The notes: generated from the sequence alone by a model not told the origin. A DNA stretch of 64,000 nucleotides from the human T2T-CHM13v2.0 reference genome, Homo sapiens (GCF_009914755.1 NC_060932.1); one strand, 5' to 3'; positions 46,606 to 64,000 are shown, counted from the stretch's first letter. Numbers and translations are program-made.

Positions 46606-47884
46606 AGAATCTACAGTCCTAACAAATGCACTAGGTGACGGATTTACACTCAAGTTTGAGTAGCAACGGCCTAGAGCTCTCTGCAGTTTACTTCAGCTAT
46701 GGATCTTATCACTGAGTATGAAAACTAAAATTCTTATTAAATATCTACCCTAGATAAGACCTTTATAGGCCTCTCTGCTGGCGAGCTCCTATGTAGTTTT
46801 CTTAGCAAATTCTGCCTGTTTACCTCACTGATGTATTCCTTAAGTCTGACTTCTTTTGCTGGTAGTTGAAGTGATTTGCCACAACAGTGTCTATGCCATC
46901 TCATTTCACAAACATGCCATCACTAGTGCTGTTTGTAAGTATTTGAGTTTCGTTCCATTTGAGGCACATTTCATGGCACCATTGTGGTTGGGTGGGTCCA
47001 TGCAACTAGTTCCGGTCAATACGTTTTCACTGCAGATGATGATATTTTAAGCTTCTGAGATGTGAGATCTTATTTGTTATTGTAACATAATCTAGGCCAT
47101 CCTTATTAACACATCATCCATCCTTGGAACTATTTCAAAACTACAATAGATAAATTAATGTTATAGCATCTACTTCGGGTTAAGTTGTACTCATCTGTAT
47201 TTGGCAATGCCAAATTGGCAGTATTATTTTATATGCTTCCTATCCTTTATTTTTCAGGTATCCGTCTATATGTGACACATGAATTTGAGTAAGATCTGAC
47301 AATGAGTCCAATTTTTGCCTGAACCAATTCCTAAAACTCCTAATTTTTCAGTTCTGACCACTTAGCTATAATATTAGCTATATTCCATAAATAGATAAGG
47401 ATCCAGGATTCCTTGTGGCATTCTCAATGGCACTCTCTATTGCTGTTTAATCTATATCTACTTCAGCCTACTGGAGGGAATGAGTAGTTCTCTAATATCA
47501 CATGGATATGTACAAATGAGGATACCTGTGGAATCCTTACTGTGCACTAAGGTAGCAAACACTCTGCGAAACTTAGTTACCATTTATATAATCTTGAATA
47601 TTCTATTTCTATTTCCTGACAAAGTATTAGGTTCACTTATCTGTGAGAAAGAGGTGCTGATAGCCCTCAGTTCATAATAGGCAGCTCAGGTCATTGTGTG
47701 ATAGGGAAGTTGGCATTATATTGACCCATACTGTATGCGTGTGCGTGCAGTTTGTCTAGAGATTATTCAAAAGATGGCAGAGGTTTTACAAATCATTTGG
47801 CTGTCTGGGTCATGGGTTCCAAGAAGGGCTGCCTACTCTGCATCCTATCCTTTAATCCAAAATCTTGATTTAAAAGTACCTCAG

Positions 47885-48186
<302 letters not shown>

Positions 48187-48574
48187 TCAAAGTCCCTAGT
48201 CTTTCAGTTTATGTACTGTTATGTACTTATGTTTATGCATTTATTTTCCAGCTTGTGCATACAACTCACCAAATTCCCAAAGTCAAGATATGCTCTCTCC
48301 AAGACTGCTGAGCTCCTTCAAGATTGAGATGTTAGGGAAACAGTTTCCGGTTTAACATTCTGGAAGATAATTAGAAAAAAGTCTATTGCTGTCATCCCTT
48401 GGGATCCCAGTATGGTCACTCACATGGCCAGACCCGGAGTTTCTTGGGGGGATAACAGTTTAACCCCTTTCTTTTTTTGTTGAGGTATTAGGGGATAAAG
48501 AAAAGTTGCTAGCTTCCTTTATTAAACTCTATTAACATTAAATATTGTCAGTGGAATGGATAAAAGTAAATACC

Positions 48575-48876
48575 CGGCCAGGCATGGTGGCTCATTTCTG
48601 TAATCCTAGCACTTTGGGAGGCCGAGGCGGGTGAATCACTTGAGGTTAGAAGTTCAAGACTAGCCTGGCCAATATAGTGAAACCCCATCTCTACTAAAAA
48701 TACAAAAATTATCCGGGCGTGGTGGCACGCGCCTGTAATCCCAGCTACTCAGGAGGCTGAGGCAGGAGAATCACTTGAACCCAGGAGGCGGAGGTTGCAG
48801 TGAGCTGAGATTCTGCCACTGCACCTCAGCCTGGGCAACAGAGTGAGATTCTGTCTCAAAAAAAAAAAAAAAAAAA
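48575..48876 (+). mobile_element. AluS-type SINE
   Basis: Alu consensus. Confidence 0.92.
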
Positions 48877-50268
48877 GAGTAAATATCCTTAGGTTGATAT
48901 CACCATTGCAAGTCCCAGTAAATAAATCTCTGACAAATAGTAGATGAATCCACATGTTCCAGGTGTAGGAGAGTAAAGATGCCAATATTGTGACTACTTA
49001 ACTCAGTTGGTAGATTTCCATTAAGAAGTCTTGATATCCCACCTAATTTATGATTTATGGGATGATCATAAATAACTGGAGGATTCAAAAGAGATAGAAT
49101 GGAACTCTAATGGCGATCCCTAATTATCTTCTTTATTTTTTAACTTCTTTTGGAGATATAGTATTGCTACTCCTTGGTAATATTGGTGGAGAGAGGGAGA
49201 ACAAGGGGTCTCATTCACTATGCCTAATCCTAAGGCTTGACTCACAATTATACATTCCATGCAGTGTGGTGGATGTAACCACCATTTTTGTCAATGTGCC
49301 TCCTCTGGAGTTCATAAATCTAATACAGCTGTTAAAAGGTCCCTAGAATCTGACTGTGTTCTTTAATTATGTCCCAGTCATGCTGGTATTCCCAACATTT
49401 ATTGTCACAGCTTGGGATATAAGTCCCAGTCTGATCTAATTTCTTCCCATCAGATAGCTCATACCTTATCTTTCCTAGAGCGCTTTACCAAAATCTCTCA
49501 CCCAGTTCTTACTTCCTGAAAGACCTGCTGGTTCAGGCATACAGGGATACCACCTACAATGCAAAACAAACACCTCCTTATTAGAACTTATGAAACCAAG
49601 GCAAGAATCAAATATAAACACACTGATCCTTGCCCCAGAGTCTTGTTGAGCATATGTTCAGGCTTTAAAGAGATGAAAAGAATCCTTTCTGTAGCAGGCA
49701 CCCTCTCTCTGGTTTATACACATACTGAGAATGAATTACAGGGGCATCAATCTGTGGTGTCTTATCTGAGACTCACCCAAGCAAAACATTATTTTCCCAT
49801 AGGAATACACTGTATCAGTTTCTTTCCACCAAGGGGTTGCTGTGCAGTTTTCCACAAGGGCTCTTACCAGGTTTTGTAAAAGTGAAATTTAGAAGAAAAG
49901 TCGTTACATCTGCAATTAGACTAAATTTTGCCTTGTCTTCCTTCAAGGAATGTACCAACTGCAGTCATTATACTACAGATTAAATAAGCATGTGATTTAT
50001 AGATGCAATTTGTTTTTTCTCCATTTCTTTAAACTGTTGGAATATCTTTTTATTTAAACCTAATGAAATAGTTGTTTCTACAACCTTGAGAAGTTGGGGG
50101 TCTAGGTCCAACATTATAAGAATCTTTGAATTCTTTCTAGGATTTCAATCACAGCCTGGCAATATTACCTCTATTAGACAATTCTTTCAACATGCTTCAT
50201 GGTTATGATTTCTTCTCTCCTACCCAGTTGCACCCTGCCATAGTCTGCTCTTGCAGTGCCATAGTTTT

Positions 50269-50678
50269 TGTGTTAGCCCATTTTTGTTGCTGTAAAGGAA
50301 TACCTAAGGCTGGAAAATTTATAAGGAAAAGAGGGCTATTTGGCTCATGATTCTACACGCTGTGCAATCATAGCTCCATCATTTGCTTCTAGTGAGGGTC
50401 TCAGGAGGCTGCTGGTCATGATGGAAGGCAAGAGGAACCATTGTGTCACACAGCGATTGATGGAGCAAGAGTGAGAGGAGGAAATTCCAGGCTGATTTAA
50501 ATAACCAGCTTTTGAACTCAGAGTGAGAACTCACTCATTGCCACTAGGAGGGCACCAAGACACTCATGAGGGACCTGCCTCCCTGACTCTAACACCTCCC
50601 ACCAGGCTCCACCTCCAACACTGGGGATCACATTTCAACATGAGATTTGAACAGGACAAAACATCCAAACCCGTATCA
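50269..50678 (-). mobile_element. MST-type MaLR solo LTR
   Basis: tgtgttag...cacctccaacactggggatcacatttcaacatgagattt...ccaaacccgtatca. Confidence 0.85.
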
Positions 50679-51307
50679 GCTTTCAATGGATTATTTTATT
50701 TTTGTTAAATCATTTTTTGTTTTCATCTACAAACTACTGTATTTGTTGGTAATGTATCTGTCTTGCTTTTAGATTCCGTTTTCTTAGGCTATGTCTCATT
50801 GAGAATAGGACATGGTGAGAGGCTTTGAGGATCTGTCTATACCACTTTTTTCCGTTGTCTTTAAACCTTTGGTAGTGTGAGGAGGGGCTTCTTTGATCGT
50901 CAGATTTTTTTTTTTCCTGAATAGTGGTGAAGAGAACATTGATTTGTAACTTAAGTCCTGGAAAGCCCCTCCTAATCTCAGTATTAACAATGTTGGCATG
51001 CATCACCTATTATTTTGTAAACATTACTGAACTTACCAAATCTGTGTGCTTGCTCTCTTTAGTGATGCAATCTTCATAAAGTTTTGCAAAAAGGTAGAGT
51101 ACAAGTTGCTAAATAAAACTTGAAATCTCTTTAGTGTATGAATTATATTTCTATGTATGCTTGAGAGTAATCTGCATTTCCTGTTTCTACTTATAGGATA
51201 CAAACTTCTGAAGACAAAGTCTATGCATTTTCTCTCATAGTTTTGTACCAAGCATATCATGAGTGGGCAAAGAATGTTGTTGTTTATCATAATAAAAAGA
51301 TTCATAA

Positions 51308-51738
<431 letters not shown>

Positions 51739-51880
51739 TAGATTACAAGAAGAAGGTATTAGGGTTGATGTAGCAGTCTTTTGATGGAGATTTGTTAGCT
51801 CAAAGGGCATCTGAGAGTCTAAAGTTCCAACCATTCATGATCACCGAATGGGCTAATGCACTTAAAAAATCAGTCTGCAT

Positions 51881-52178
<298 letters not shown>

Positions 52179-52589
52179 GTCAGTCTGTCATCATCAATAA
52201 ACAAGTAAAATTTTGTTGGATTTTCTTAAATATTTAACTACCAGATTATGACAAAACTGTACATATTTTAAATTGATCCTGAATCTCTATAAAAATGGCA
52301 TTTGTGAAATTCCACAAATGTTAGATACTATAAGTTTAATGAGCTGTGGACTAAGAAATCATTCTGTTTTGAAATATTTAAGCCTTCCTTCTTAGTCCTG
52401 AACTAGCTAAGGAGCTGCACTTCCAAAATGCATTTAAAAAAAGAAAATTTAACCAGGGGCATATAAACAATATTATAATTGAAAATAGTATCTACCCAAC
52501 TAATCAGCGTAAATTGAATTTAATGAAGGATTACTGTTATGCATTTATTACCCTTATAGGTCAATGAAATATAGTTTAGTTCAATTGGA

Positions 52590-52912
52590 TTTTTTTTTTT
52601 TTTTTTTTTTTTTAGGATAGATTCTCACTCTGTCACTCAGGCTGGATTGCAGTGGCAGGATGACAGGTCACTACATCCTTGACCTCTTGGGCTCAAGTGA
52701 TCCTCTCACCTCAGCCTCTCTAGTGGCTGGGACTACAAGTGTGCACTACCACGCCCAGCTAATTTTTGTAGTTTTTGTAGAAATGGGGTTTTGCCATGTT
52801 GTCCAGGCTGGTCCTGAGTTCCTGGGTTCAGGCAATCCTCTTCTCTCAGCCCTCCAAAGTGCTAGGATTACAGACAGGCGTGAGTGCCCAGCCAGGCGTG
52901 AGCACTCAGCCA
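52590..52912 (-). mobile_element. AluJ-like SINE
   Basis: Diverged Alu, long T tail. Confidence 0.88.
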
Positions 52913-53697
52913 GCTTTGACTTTTGTTGGAAATAATTTTTAAGCCTTTGTCAGAAATGGCACAAAGAACTGATGTAGGAATTTACAGCCTTTTGAGAGTT
53001 ATCTCCTTTATAGTCAAAAGGATACAGAAATAAAAGTTAAATTACAAAACTGATCAATATCATGTTCTTAAACATTATTTGTATCATAACTTTTAAAAAA
53101 TCATGTTTCTTAGTTTTTTTAAAAAATAGAATTTTTAAAAACATTTAGCAATATTTAAAAAACTTTTGCATTATCAATCTCTGTTTTTTGTCGATTTTTA
53201 GGAAAAATATATATTGCATTATTTTTCATTGTGCTATTTGGCGTTTCTCAAAGAATGACTATGTTGTGCATGAGAATTATCTGAACTGTGAAAAATGTGG
53301 ACTCACAGGTCATATTCTCATATCAAATGCTAATTTGATCCCTGGGGTTTGGATCCAAGCATCTAGATTTTTAACAAACATTGTAGATGATTTTTTCCCC
53401 TAAGGTCTGGGAACCACTGGTATAAGCGATTTTTAGCTCTTCAGACAGACATAAGATTTTGAATGCTAATTAAAATGGCTGCTAATTTGTGAATAATTTC
53501 TAATTGAACCCCAGGCAATCTAAAGAGATAAAAAATTCATTGTGAAAAACACAAATAACAGTGCAAAATAAATTGTTAATTGACCTTTTAGAATCACTAA
53601 TAATATAATTGCTTTGTAGAAAACCTTTTAAAGCTGAAATTTAAAAAATATTGTTTTTAAAAATTACCAAGATAGCTACTATAAAATATGATTACAT

Positions 53698-54046
53698 GCC
53701 ATGGGCTGAACTATATCTCCGCAACATTTGTATGTTGAAACCCTAACCCTCGGGCCTTTGGGAGGTGATTAGGTTTAGATGAAATCGTGAAGATTGAGCC
53801 CTCAGATGGAATTAGTGCCCTTATAAGAAATCTGAGAGCTTATGCTGTCTCTGTTCTGTCTGTCTTTCTCTCTCTCTCTGCCATTTGACACAATGAGAAA
53901 GCCACAATCTGACAGCCAAGAAGGGGGCCCTCACCACAACCTGGCCATGGCAGCCTCCTGATCGTCGACTTGCAGCCTCCAGAACTGTGAGAAAATTAAT
54001 TTCCGTTAAGTCACCCAGTTTATGGTACTTTCTCAAACTAAGACAC
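53698..54046 (+). mobile_element. MLT1-type MaLR LTR
   Basis: tgccatgggctgaa...tatgttgaaaccctaaccc...gacttgcagcctccagaactgtgagaa...aactaagaca. Confidence 0.8.
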
Positions 54047-54581
54047 CATAGAAGTGTAAGTTTTAAAAATATTAATACATTTAGTGTTATTAATTCCTGT
54101 CCCTGCACATATAACACAATGTTCTGTTATAAAGTTAAAAACAAATTAGAATCTTCCTAATTCAGTATGTTCTAAGAAATACTACTTGACAATAATCAAT
54201 AAAATAAATTTGCAAAACTTGTCAATGATGTGTCCCATGTCAAATCAAATAAAGATAGCCTTTCTTGGATAGGTTGTTGGAAAATGGTTGTATCAACTGA
54301 ATTTTTCATGTTTTACTTCAGATTTTCAATTTTAAGTTTTGTTTATAGATTTGATTAAAATAAAGGTTATTATGAATAGGTTATTAATAAAGGTTATAAA
54401 GTTCTGTGCCTATGATGTGTTATAAATGGTGTGTTCAGCTTTACTAGTTAATGCTGTTGTATTTGATGTCACTTCAGTGACCTTTTTTGTTAGTTTATTG
54501 TTACTTAAAATTAAGCAAAATCTTTCTTGCATGAAATCTTCTTGATTAATTATTGCCATATAGAATTTTCATTCACCTAAT

Positions 54582-54888
54582 CTTTTTTTTTTTTATTTGA
54601 GACAGAGTCTTGCTTTGTTGCCCAGGCTGAAGTGCAGTGGTGGCATCTCGGCTCACTGCAACACTGCAACGTCTGCCTCCTGGGTTTAAGAGATTCTCCT
54701 GCCTCAGGCTCTGGAGTAGCTGGGACTATAGGCGGGCACCACCACCCCCCGCTAATTTTTGTATTTTTAGTAGAGACGGGGTTTTACCATGTTGGCCAGG
54801 TTGGTCTCGAACTCCTGATCTCAAATGATCTGCCTGCCTCGGCCTCCCAAAGTGCTGGGATTACAGGCGTAAGCCACCGCGCCTGGTC
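54582..54888 (-). mobile_element. AluS-type SINE
   Basis: Alu consensus; TSD tcattc(a/g)cctaatcttt. Confidence 0.92.
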
Positions 54889-55559
54889 TCATTCGCCTAA
54901 TCTTTATTGTCTACTATATTCAAAGTGTTGAGTGTGACAACAAGTCATTTAAAATTTAGTCTGGATTCTCAAGAGTTTGTAATATAATGAGGAAAAAATC
55001 CCAACGACTTTCTTTTACTCAGATCTCCATAATGTCATTTGCCATCAATAGTTTGGAATATCACTGAAGTCCAAGGGCCTGTGGCTACCCAATATTCCAA
55101 ATACAATATAATTTGGTTCAAATAAGATATTAAGAACTTTGGTCAAGAACTTTGGTCAAACACAGGAGATCTGGAATCTAACGGCATGTCTTTGGCAATT
55201 CACAACCTCTCCCTCTACACGTTTCTCCATGTAGAAAGTAAAGGCCTTGGAAAGGATTGATGAAAACCAACCCTAAAACTCCACGATGCCTTTTTCTGTA
55301 CTCCGAATCTAAAAGGGTGAGCTATGAAGTAAAACTCTGCACTTGGTCCAAGTCATTGAAATATTTGCAAACGATGCTAGAGCTCGAAAAGAGCAAAGAT
55401 AGCAGAAACCGTCCAGAGAAAGTAACCTACTGCTGAAGCTCTGCAAACTTGAGCAGTCAACCAACTTCACCGCTCACAAACGTTTGGCCGCTAGGCATTG
55501 TGACTTTCTGCCCAGATAAAAGTCTTTTTTTCTTTTGTCTCCTTTTTTTCTTCCTCCCT

Positions 55560-56203
55560 GCTTTGCCGCGTGAGATTACCACTCCTCGGGTCAGCTCGCG
55601 AACGCCAGGGAGGCGAGTGTGAAACACACGCGCCAACACCCCTCCTCCTCCTCGTGCGCTCCTCCTTCCTACAGAAAAATGTGTTTCTAGGCAACGGCGG
55701 GCGGCGGCGTCACTTCCTGCCATTTAAACTCAGGTCCCCACCCCTCGCAGCCCCTTCTCCTCGTTTCCACCCCTCCCCCCTCGGTCGTGGGCCTCATTCA
55801 CGCTTCCCCGGGCTTGGGGAGGGGGCGGAGGCCCGGCGTGACAAGCGGCCCAGACTCCCGTGGGCGCCGCACACCTGTTGTTTGCAGCAGCCAGCGACCC
55901 GCACTACCGCTCTCGGCGGGCGGGGAAGCGGCCGCAGCGGAGCCGACCCGGCAGGTGGCCGCGGGCGGGGCCGGCGAGCGAAAGTGCGCGGGGGCCCGAC
56001 CACCGCGGGGCCGGGACGCGATGGCGGCGGCAGAGCCCGCGAGCTCGGGCCAGCAGGCGCCGGCAGGGCAGGGGCAGGGCCAGCGGCCGCCGCCGCAGCC
56101 TCCGCAGGCGCAAGCCCCGCAGCCGCCCCCGCCGCCGCAGCTCGGGGGCGCGGGGGGCGGCAGCAGCAGGCACGAGAAGAGCCTGGGGCTGCTCACTACC
56201 AAG

Positions 56204-56238
<35 letters not shown>

Positions 56239-56660
56239 TCTGGATCTCAAAGCGGTGAGCTCCGGAGGCGGGGACGGGGGCGGACTTCGGAACCCGTGGC
56301 CCCCGGGGAAGCCCAGCCCCTCGCCGCGTGGGTCTAGCGGCGTGGTGTAGACGCGCCTTGCGGGGACCCGGGACCGGGCAATCCGAGGACCATGTGGCCT
56401 GCGCCCGGGTCGTGGACGCCGGGATGGGGGAGGGACGAGGGACCAGGATGGCACCGAGCGGACGCGTAACCAATGGGGCCCGGCGCCACGCTGGGCTCTC
56501 GACAAAGAGCCCAGGACCTCGAGCGCGCCCGCGTGGCTTCTGTCTCCGGGCGCAGGGACCTGAGGGTAACCGAGTGTCTGTTGCTCTGCGTCCACCTGTG
56601 GCAGAGGCTCACGGGGTAACGGGCGCTTTGCCCGGAGACACCGTGGATATCGATTTTGCT
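55560..56660. promoter_or_regulatory. E2F5: CpG island / E2F5 promoter (probably bidirectional)
   Basis: Very high GC and CpG density; X-box-like 55683-55695, ETS/CRE 55708-55717, YY1-like 55719-55725, GC boxes, E2F-like tttgccgc 55562. Confidence 0.9.
56021..56254 (+). CDS. E2F5: E2F transcription factor 5, first coding exon
   Basis: gcgATGG Kozak; [26 protein letters not shown]...[30 protein letters not shown] (E2F4/5 winged-helix start); donor GCG|gtgagc. Confidence 0.97.
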
Positions 56661-58191
56661 GTTAAGAATGGATGGTTTTAATAGGCGATTCCAGTTGGAA
56701 CCATGTTCCTGTAGTTTAAATAAAAAGGAGGAAAAACAAAACCCAGTCTGCCATCTCTACCAGATGAAAGAAAAAAAAAAAAGAGTACTTCTTTCCACGC
56801 CCCTCCCCGATAAAATAGTATTAAATCTTCCTTGTGCACTTCTTTCATCACCCTGATAGTTAGGAGGGGTATTTGATTTGTGACTTCATTTGGCATGTGT
56901 CATGGGTTTCCAAAAGTGAGATCTGCTGTCACACGAAAAGGGGATATTTTACAACTTTCACCCAAAGAGGTGGAAGTGCTCAGTAAACTCTCTCCCTGCG
57001 TCGTCCTTTACAGCGTTCAGATTTTTCAAACAGGAGCAGGCATCAAAAGCTGTTCTGTCATACAGAATGACTTAACCGATCTAGGAAGGATTTGGAAGAA
57101 TTCAACAGCGCTCAGGATAATGAGAATGTGGTCACTCCGCGCGAAGTTTAAGAACTAAAGTTTTAGAAACAAACAAACAAAAAACACTAACTGCCCAATA
57201 ATCACTGCAAATCCCCTTTGACTCCCTAAATGTGGCCTTACTTGGAGGATTGGCCCCAGCTCCCAGGGGAGTGCCTGGACCACCTTACCTGGCTTGAGAG
57301 TGTCACTGCATCCTCAAGGCTCTGCATAAAGCAGTGGCAGCTCCCTGAATGTAAGGACCAAGACTTGCAGGGGCCAACTCTTCTGCTAGAGGCCCTCCTC
57401 CAGTGTAGCCCAAGGGGAAGTAGATCTTTTCAGTGCCCTCTCCTTTCCCTGGATGTAGTTGGTGTTCAATCAGTGATTGTTGAACTGAATTACCTAAATT
57501 GTTCAACTTCATACAACTGAGGCATGCTGCACATATTTTGCATTTTGGTAAGTAATTTCTACTATTTTCTTTTTGATATGTTATTCCTGGAATTTTTTTC
57601 CCACCTCTGGAAATTCCTTGTTCTCTTTTTTCCACCACAGCCCCTTCTTCCTTTCTCTCCCTGAAAGTGATTTATGGCATGTGTAGTATTTAAATTGTAG
57701 TGAATTAAAATGGATTCTGTTTAAAGAATTTCACAGGAAGTCATGAAGTTATCAGAGAAAGCCAGGAATGTTACAAAGCACAGGTGGCAAACTGCTGTTC
57801 AAAATCTAGAAATTCAGCTGTAGCCTGTGACTTTGGTGTAAGAAAATCAGGGAAGTTTGGGGTTTTCCAGGTAAAACTGAACTCTGACGGCTGGACTTTG
57901 AGGGCTTCTCCCTCAGCTTGCCTCAGGATATGGTGGAACTTTGCCCTTTCTTGACTTGAAATTCTTTAGCTTCCTCCTGTTTCATCTGTGGCTATATAAT
58001 TGCCCTACAGAAGTCACAGAGGCAGTGAGTAGGATGTAAAGTTTGGTATTTCATGACAATAATTGCTTTATTCATTCTGGAACTCTCCTAAAAATTCAAA
58101 GGTTTCTACAATAACACTGTCTCATTATATTAATGACTTCATACTCCTAGAAAAGAGTTTGAATGTCTTTAGTTTTCATATATATGTATGA

Positions 58192-60217
<2,026 letters not shown>

Positions 60218-60257
60218 CATTTCTTCTTAATAATATAACTAATTGAAAACATGGCTC

Positions 60258-60558
<301 letters not shown>

Positions 60559-61548
60559 TCAACATAGAAAATCAATTTTAATAAAGCTGTTGTAGTATAA
60601 CTTAACAATTAGGAAGCAATAGAAAGACATTGAAAGTGATGTGAGGAAAGTTTATTCATTATCTCTGCAGCTTCACCTACACCATATAGTCTCATTTACA
60701 ATAGTGGAGGTGGGATAGTTATTATTTCTTTATTCCAGTGAGATAAGAAATTATATCATGGTTATTTCAAGCTACGTGGTTTGCCAGTTTATGCTGTTAA
60801 TAGCTAATATACATCAAGAGCTTACCATATGCAAAACATTTTACATGTTTTTAGCTAATGTTATCCTCTTAACAACAGTGAACATTTCGGCAGAACAGCC
60901 CCATTTCACAGCGTAAGAAACTGCTAGTTAAGTAGGCCAAGATAGGTTAGATAACTTGCCTGGTGTTGTACAGTAGAAAGTGAGAGCTAAGATTTGAAAT
61001 TAGACCATTTATTGTTATTCTCTATGTTATACCATCTTTCAGTAGTCTTCAAAAATAAATGTATGTAGGTAGGTTTCCATTTGCATAAGGGCATGGAAAA
61101 ATGCATGATTATTCTTACTCCTCTGCCCAAGGTGGAAAAGAAGGAGGTACTGTGCTCCTGAAAATGAAGCTATTGGTGACATATTCTGTATTATTGCATA
61201 AATTAAACTAGGATTTCACTTGTTCACAGTTAAGAATTTGAACAACTGTTAAGATAGTCATGACTATGTATCTGTATGTTGTTTTGAAAATTCCTATTAA
61301 ATGTAAGTTATAACTAAAGTTCTACATTTTATTTGCCATTTTGGTGTCAGTATGAGCTTTTTTAAGCATGATGAAGATTGCTTATCTCTTTTATTATAAT
61401 TCTTTAACTTAATAAATTACCTGAATTATACCTGAATTAATGTGATAAAGTATGGTGCGTCTTATCTGACAGGTCCCTGATGCATACCCGTTTATGAGCC
61501 TGATTTAGATACATCCTGGGATAAATAAATAATTGAAGACACTAGTTT

Positions 61549-61860
<312 letters not shown>

Positions 61861-61959
61861 CTAGTTTGTAATACCAGGCAAACATTTTAAGGTAGAATTA
61901 GCCTAAGGAGAGATATGTGGGTAGGACAGCGAGAACTTTAGTGCATGCTTACAAATTCT

Positions 61960-62644
61960 CAGGACCCTTCCACTCCTGGGTGTATACCCAAAGAATTGAA
62001 AGCAGGGCCTCAAGAAGGTATGTATACCCCTGTGTTCATAACAGTGGCATTCATAATAGCCAAAATGTGGATGCAATCCTAATGTCCGTCAATAGATGAG
62101 TAGCTTAACAAAATGTGGTATATATACAATGGAATATTCTTCAGGCTTAGAAAGAAGAAAATGCTGACATATGCTGCAACATGATAAACTTTGAGGACAT
62201 AATGCTAGGTGAAATAAGCCAGTCACAAAAAGATAAATACTGTATGATTCCACTTACGTGAGGTACCTGGAGTAGTCAAATTCACAGGGGCAGAAAGTAG
62301 AAGGGTGGTTACCAGGGGTTGAGGGAAAACAGAATGGAATTTGTTGCTTAATGGATGTTATAGGCTGAAATGTGTCCCCCAAAATTCATATGTTGAAGGC
62401 CTTACCTCCATACATCAGAATGTGATTGTATTTGGGGATAGGGCCTTTGAAAGATAATTAAGCTAAAATTAAGCTGTGACCTGATCTAATCTGACTGGGG
62501 TCCTTATGAGAAAGGGGAAATTTGGATATACAAAGAGATGCCTCAGATGCTGCCACCCAGAGGAAAGACCATGTGAGGACACAGCAGGAAGGTGATCATC
62601 TGTAAGCCAAGGAGCGAGGCCTCTGAAGAAACCAAATGGGCCAA
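61960..62644 (+). mobile_element. L1MB-like 3' fragment followed by MLT1 LTR part (~62356-62644)
   Basis: gaggacataatgctaggtgaaataagccagtcacaaaaaga; tgttataggctgaaatgtgtccccc... Confidence 0.78.

Positions 62645-64000
<1,356 letters not shown>

Noticed and set aside
55132-55159. 13-bp tandem duplication aagaactttggtc x2
   Set aside because: Simple slippage at the edge of a MIR-like fragment; no evidence of function
55570-56681. Long alternative-frame and antisense ORFs (up to 265 aa) over E2F5 exon 1
   Set aside because: Expected in a CpG island; low-complexity G/A/R/P content and no domain

Overview
Human/hominoid genomic DNA, recognisable from the encoded peptides as the LRRCC1-E2F5 interval (chr8q21; locus identity is from recall, not a search). 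1-24.3 kb holds the last 13 coding exons of LRRCC1 (+). They splice into one open frame of 722 codons ending ...NEIQQDM*, followed by AATAAA at 24303. 25-50 kb is a nest of retroelements: an old L1M, an L1PB-like copy, a near-full-length L1PA with a 16-bp TSD inserted in it, and a solo LTR12 with a 4-bp TSD inside that. MER58/MER1/MER5, MST/MLT1 LTRs and a decayed minus-strand ERVL-class internal region follow. 55.5-56.7 kb is the CpG-island promoter and first coding exon of E2F5 (+), then an Alu/L1-rich intron 1. No novel multi-gene system is evident. The most interesting unexplained signals are: (i) two non-Alu intronic duplications around LRRCC1 exons, one ending in a perfect fold-back and one keeping a hairpin through G.U changes; (ii) a perfect AG|GTGAGT site 41 nt upstream of an exon flanked by inverted MER58A copies; (iii) stronger in-frame cryptic acceptors before the last LRRCC1 exon; (iv) a minus-strand exon-intron-exon-polyA module at 50.7-51.2 kb with an open spliced frame; (v) a CCAAT-rich LTR12 pointing at E2F5; (vi) a young AluYa5. 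Repeat subfamily calls are by eye and their edges are approximate.
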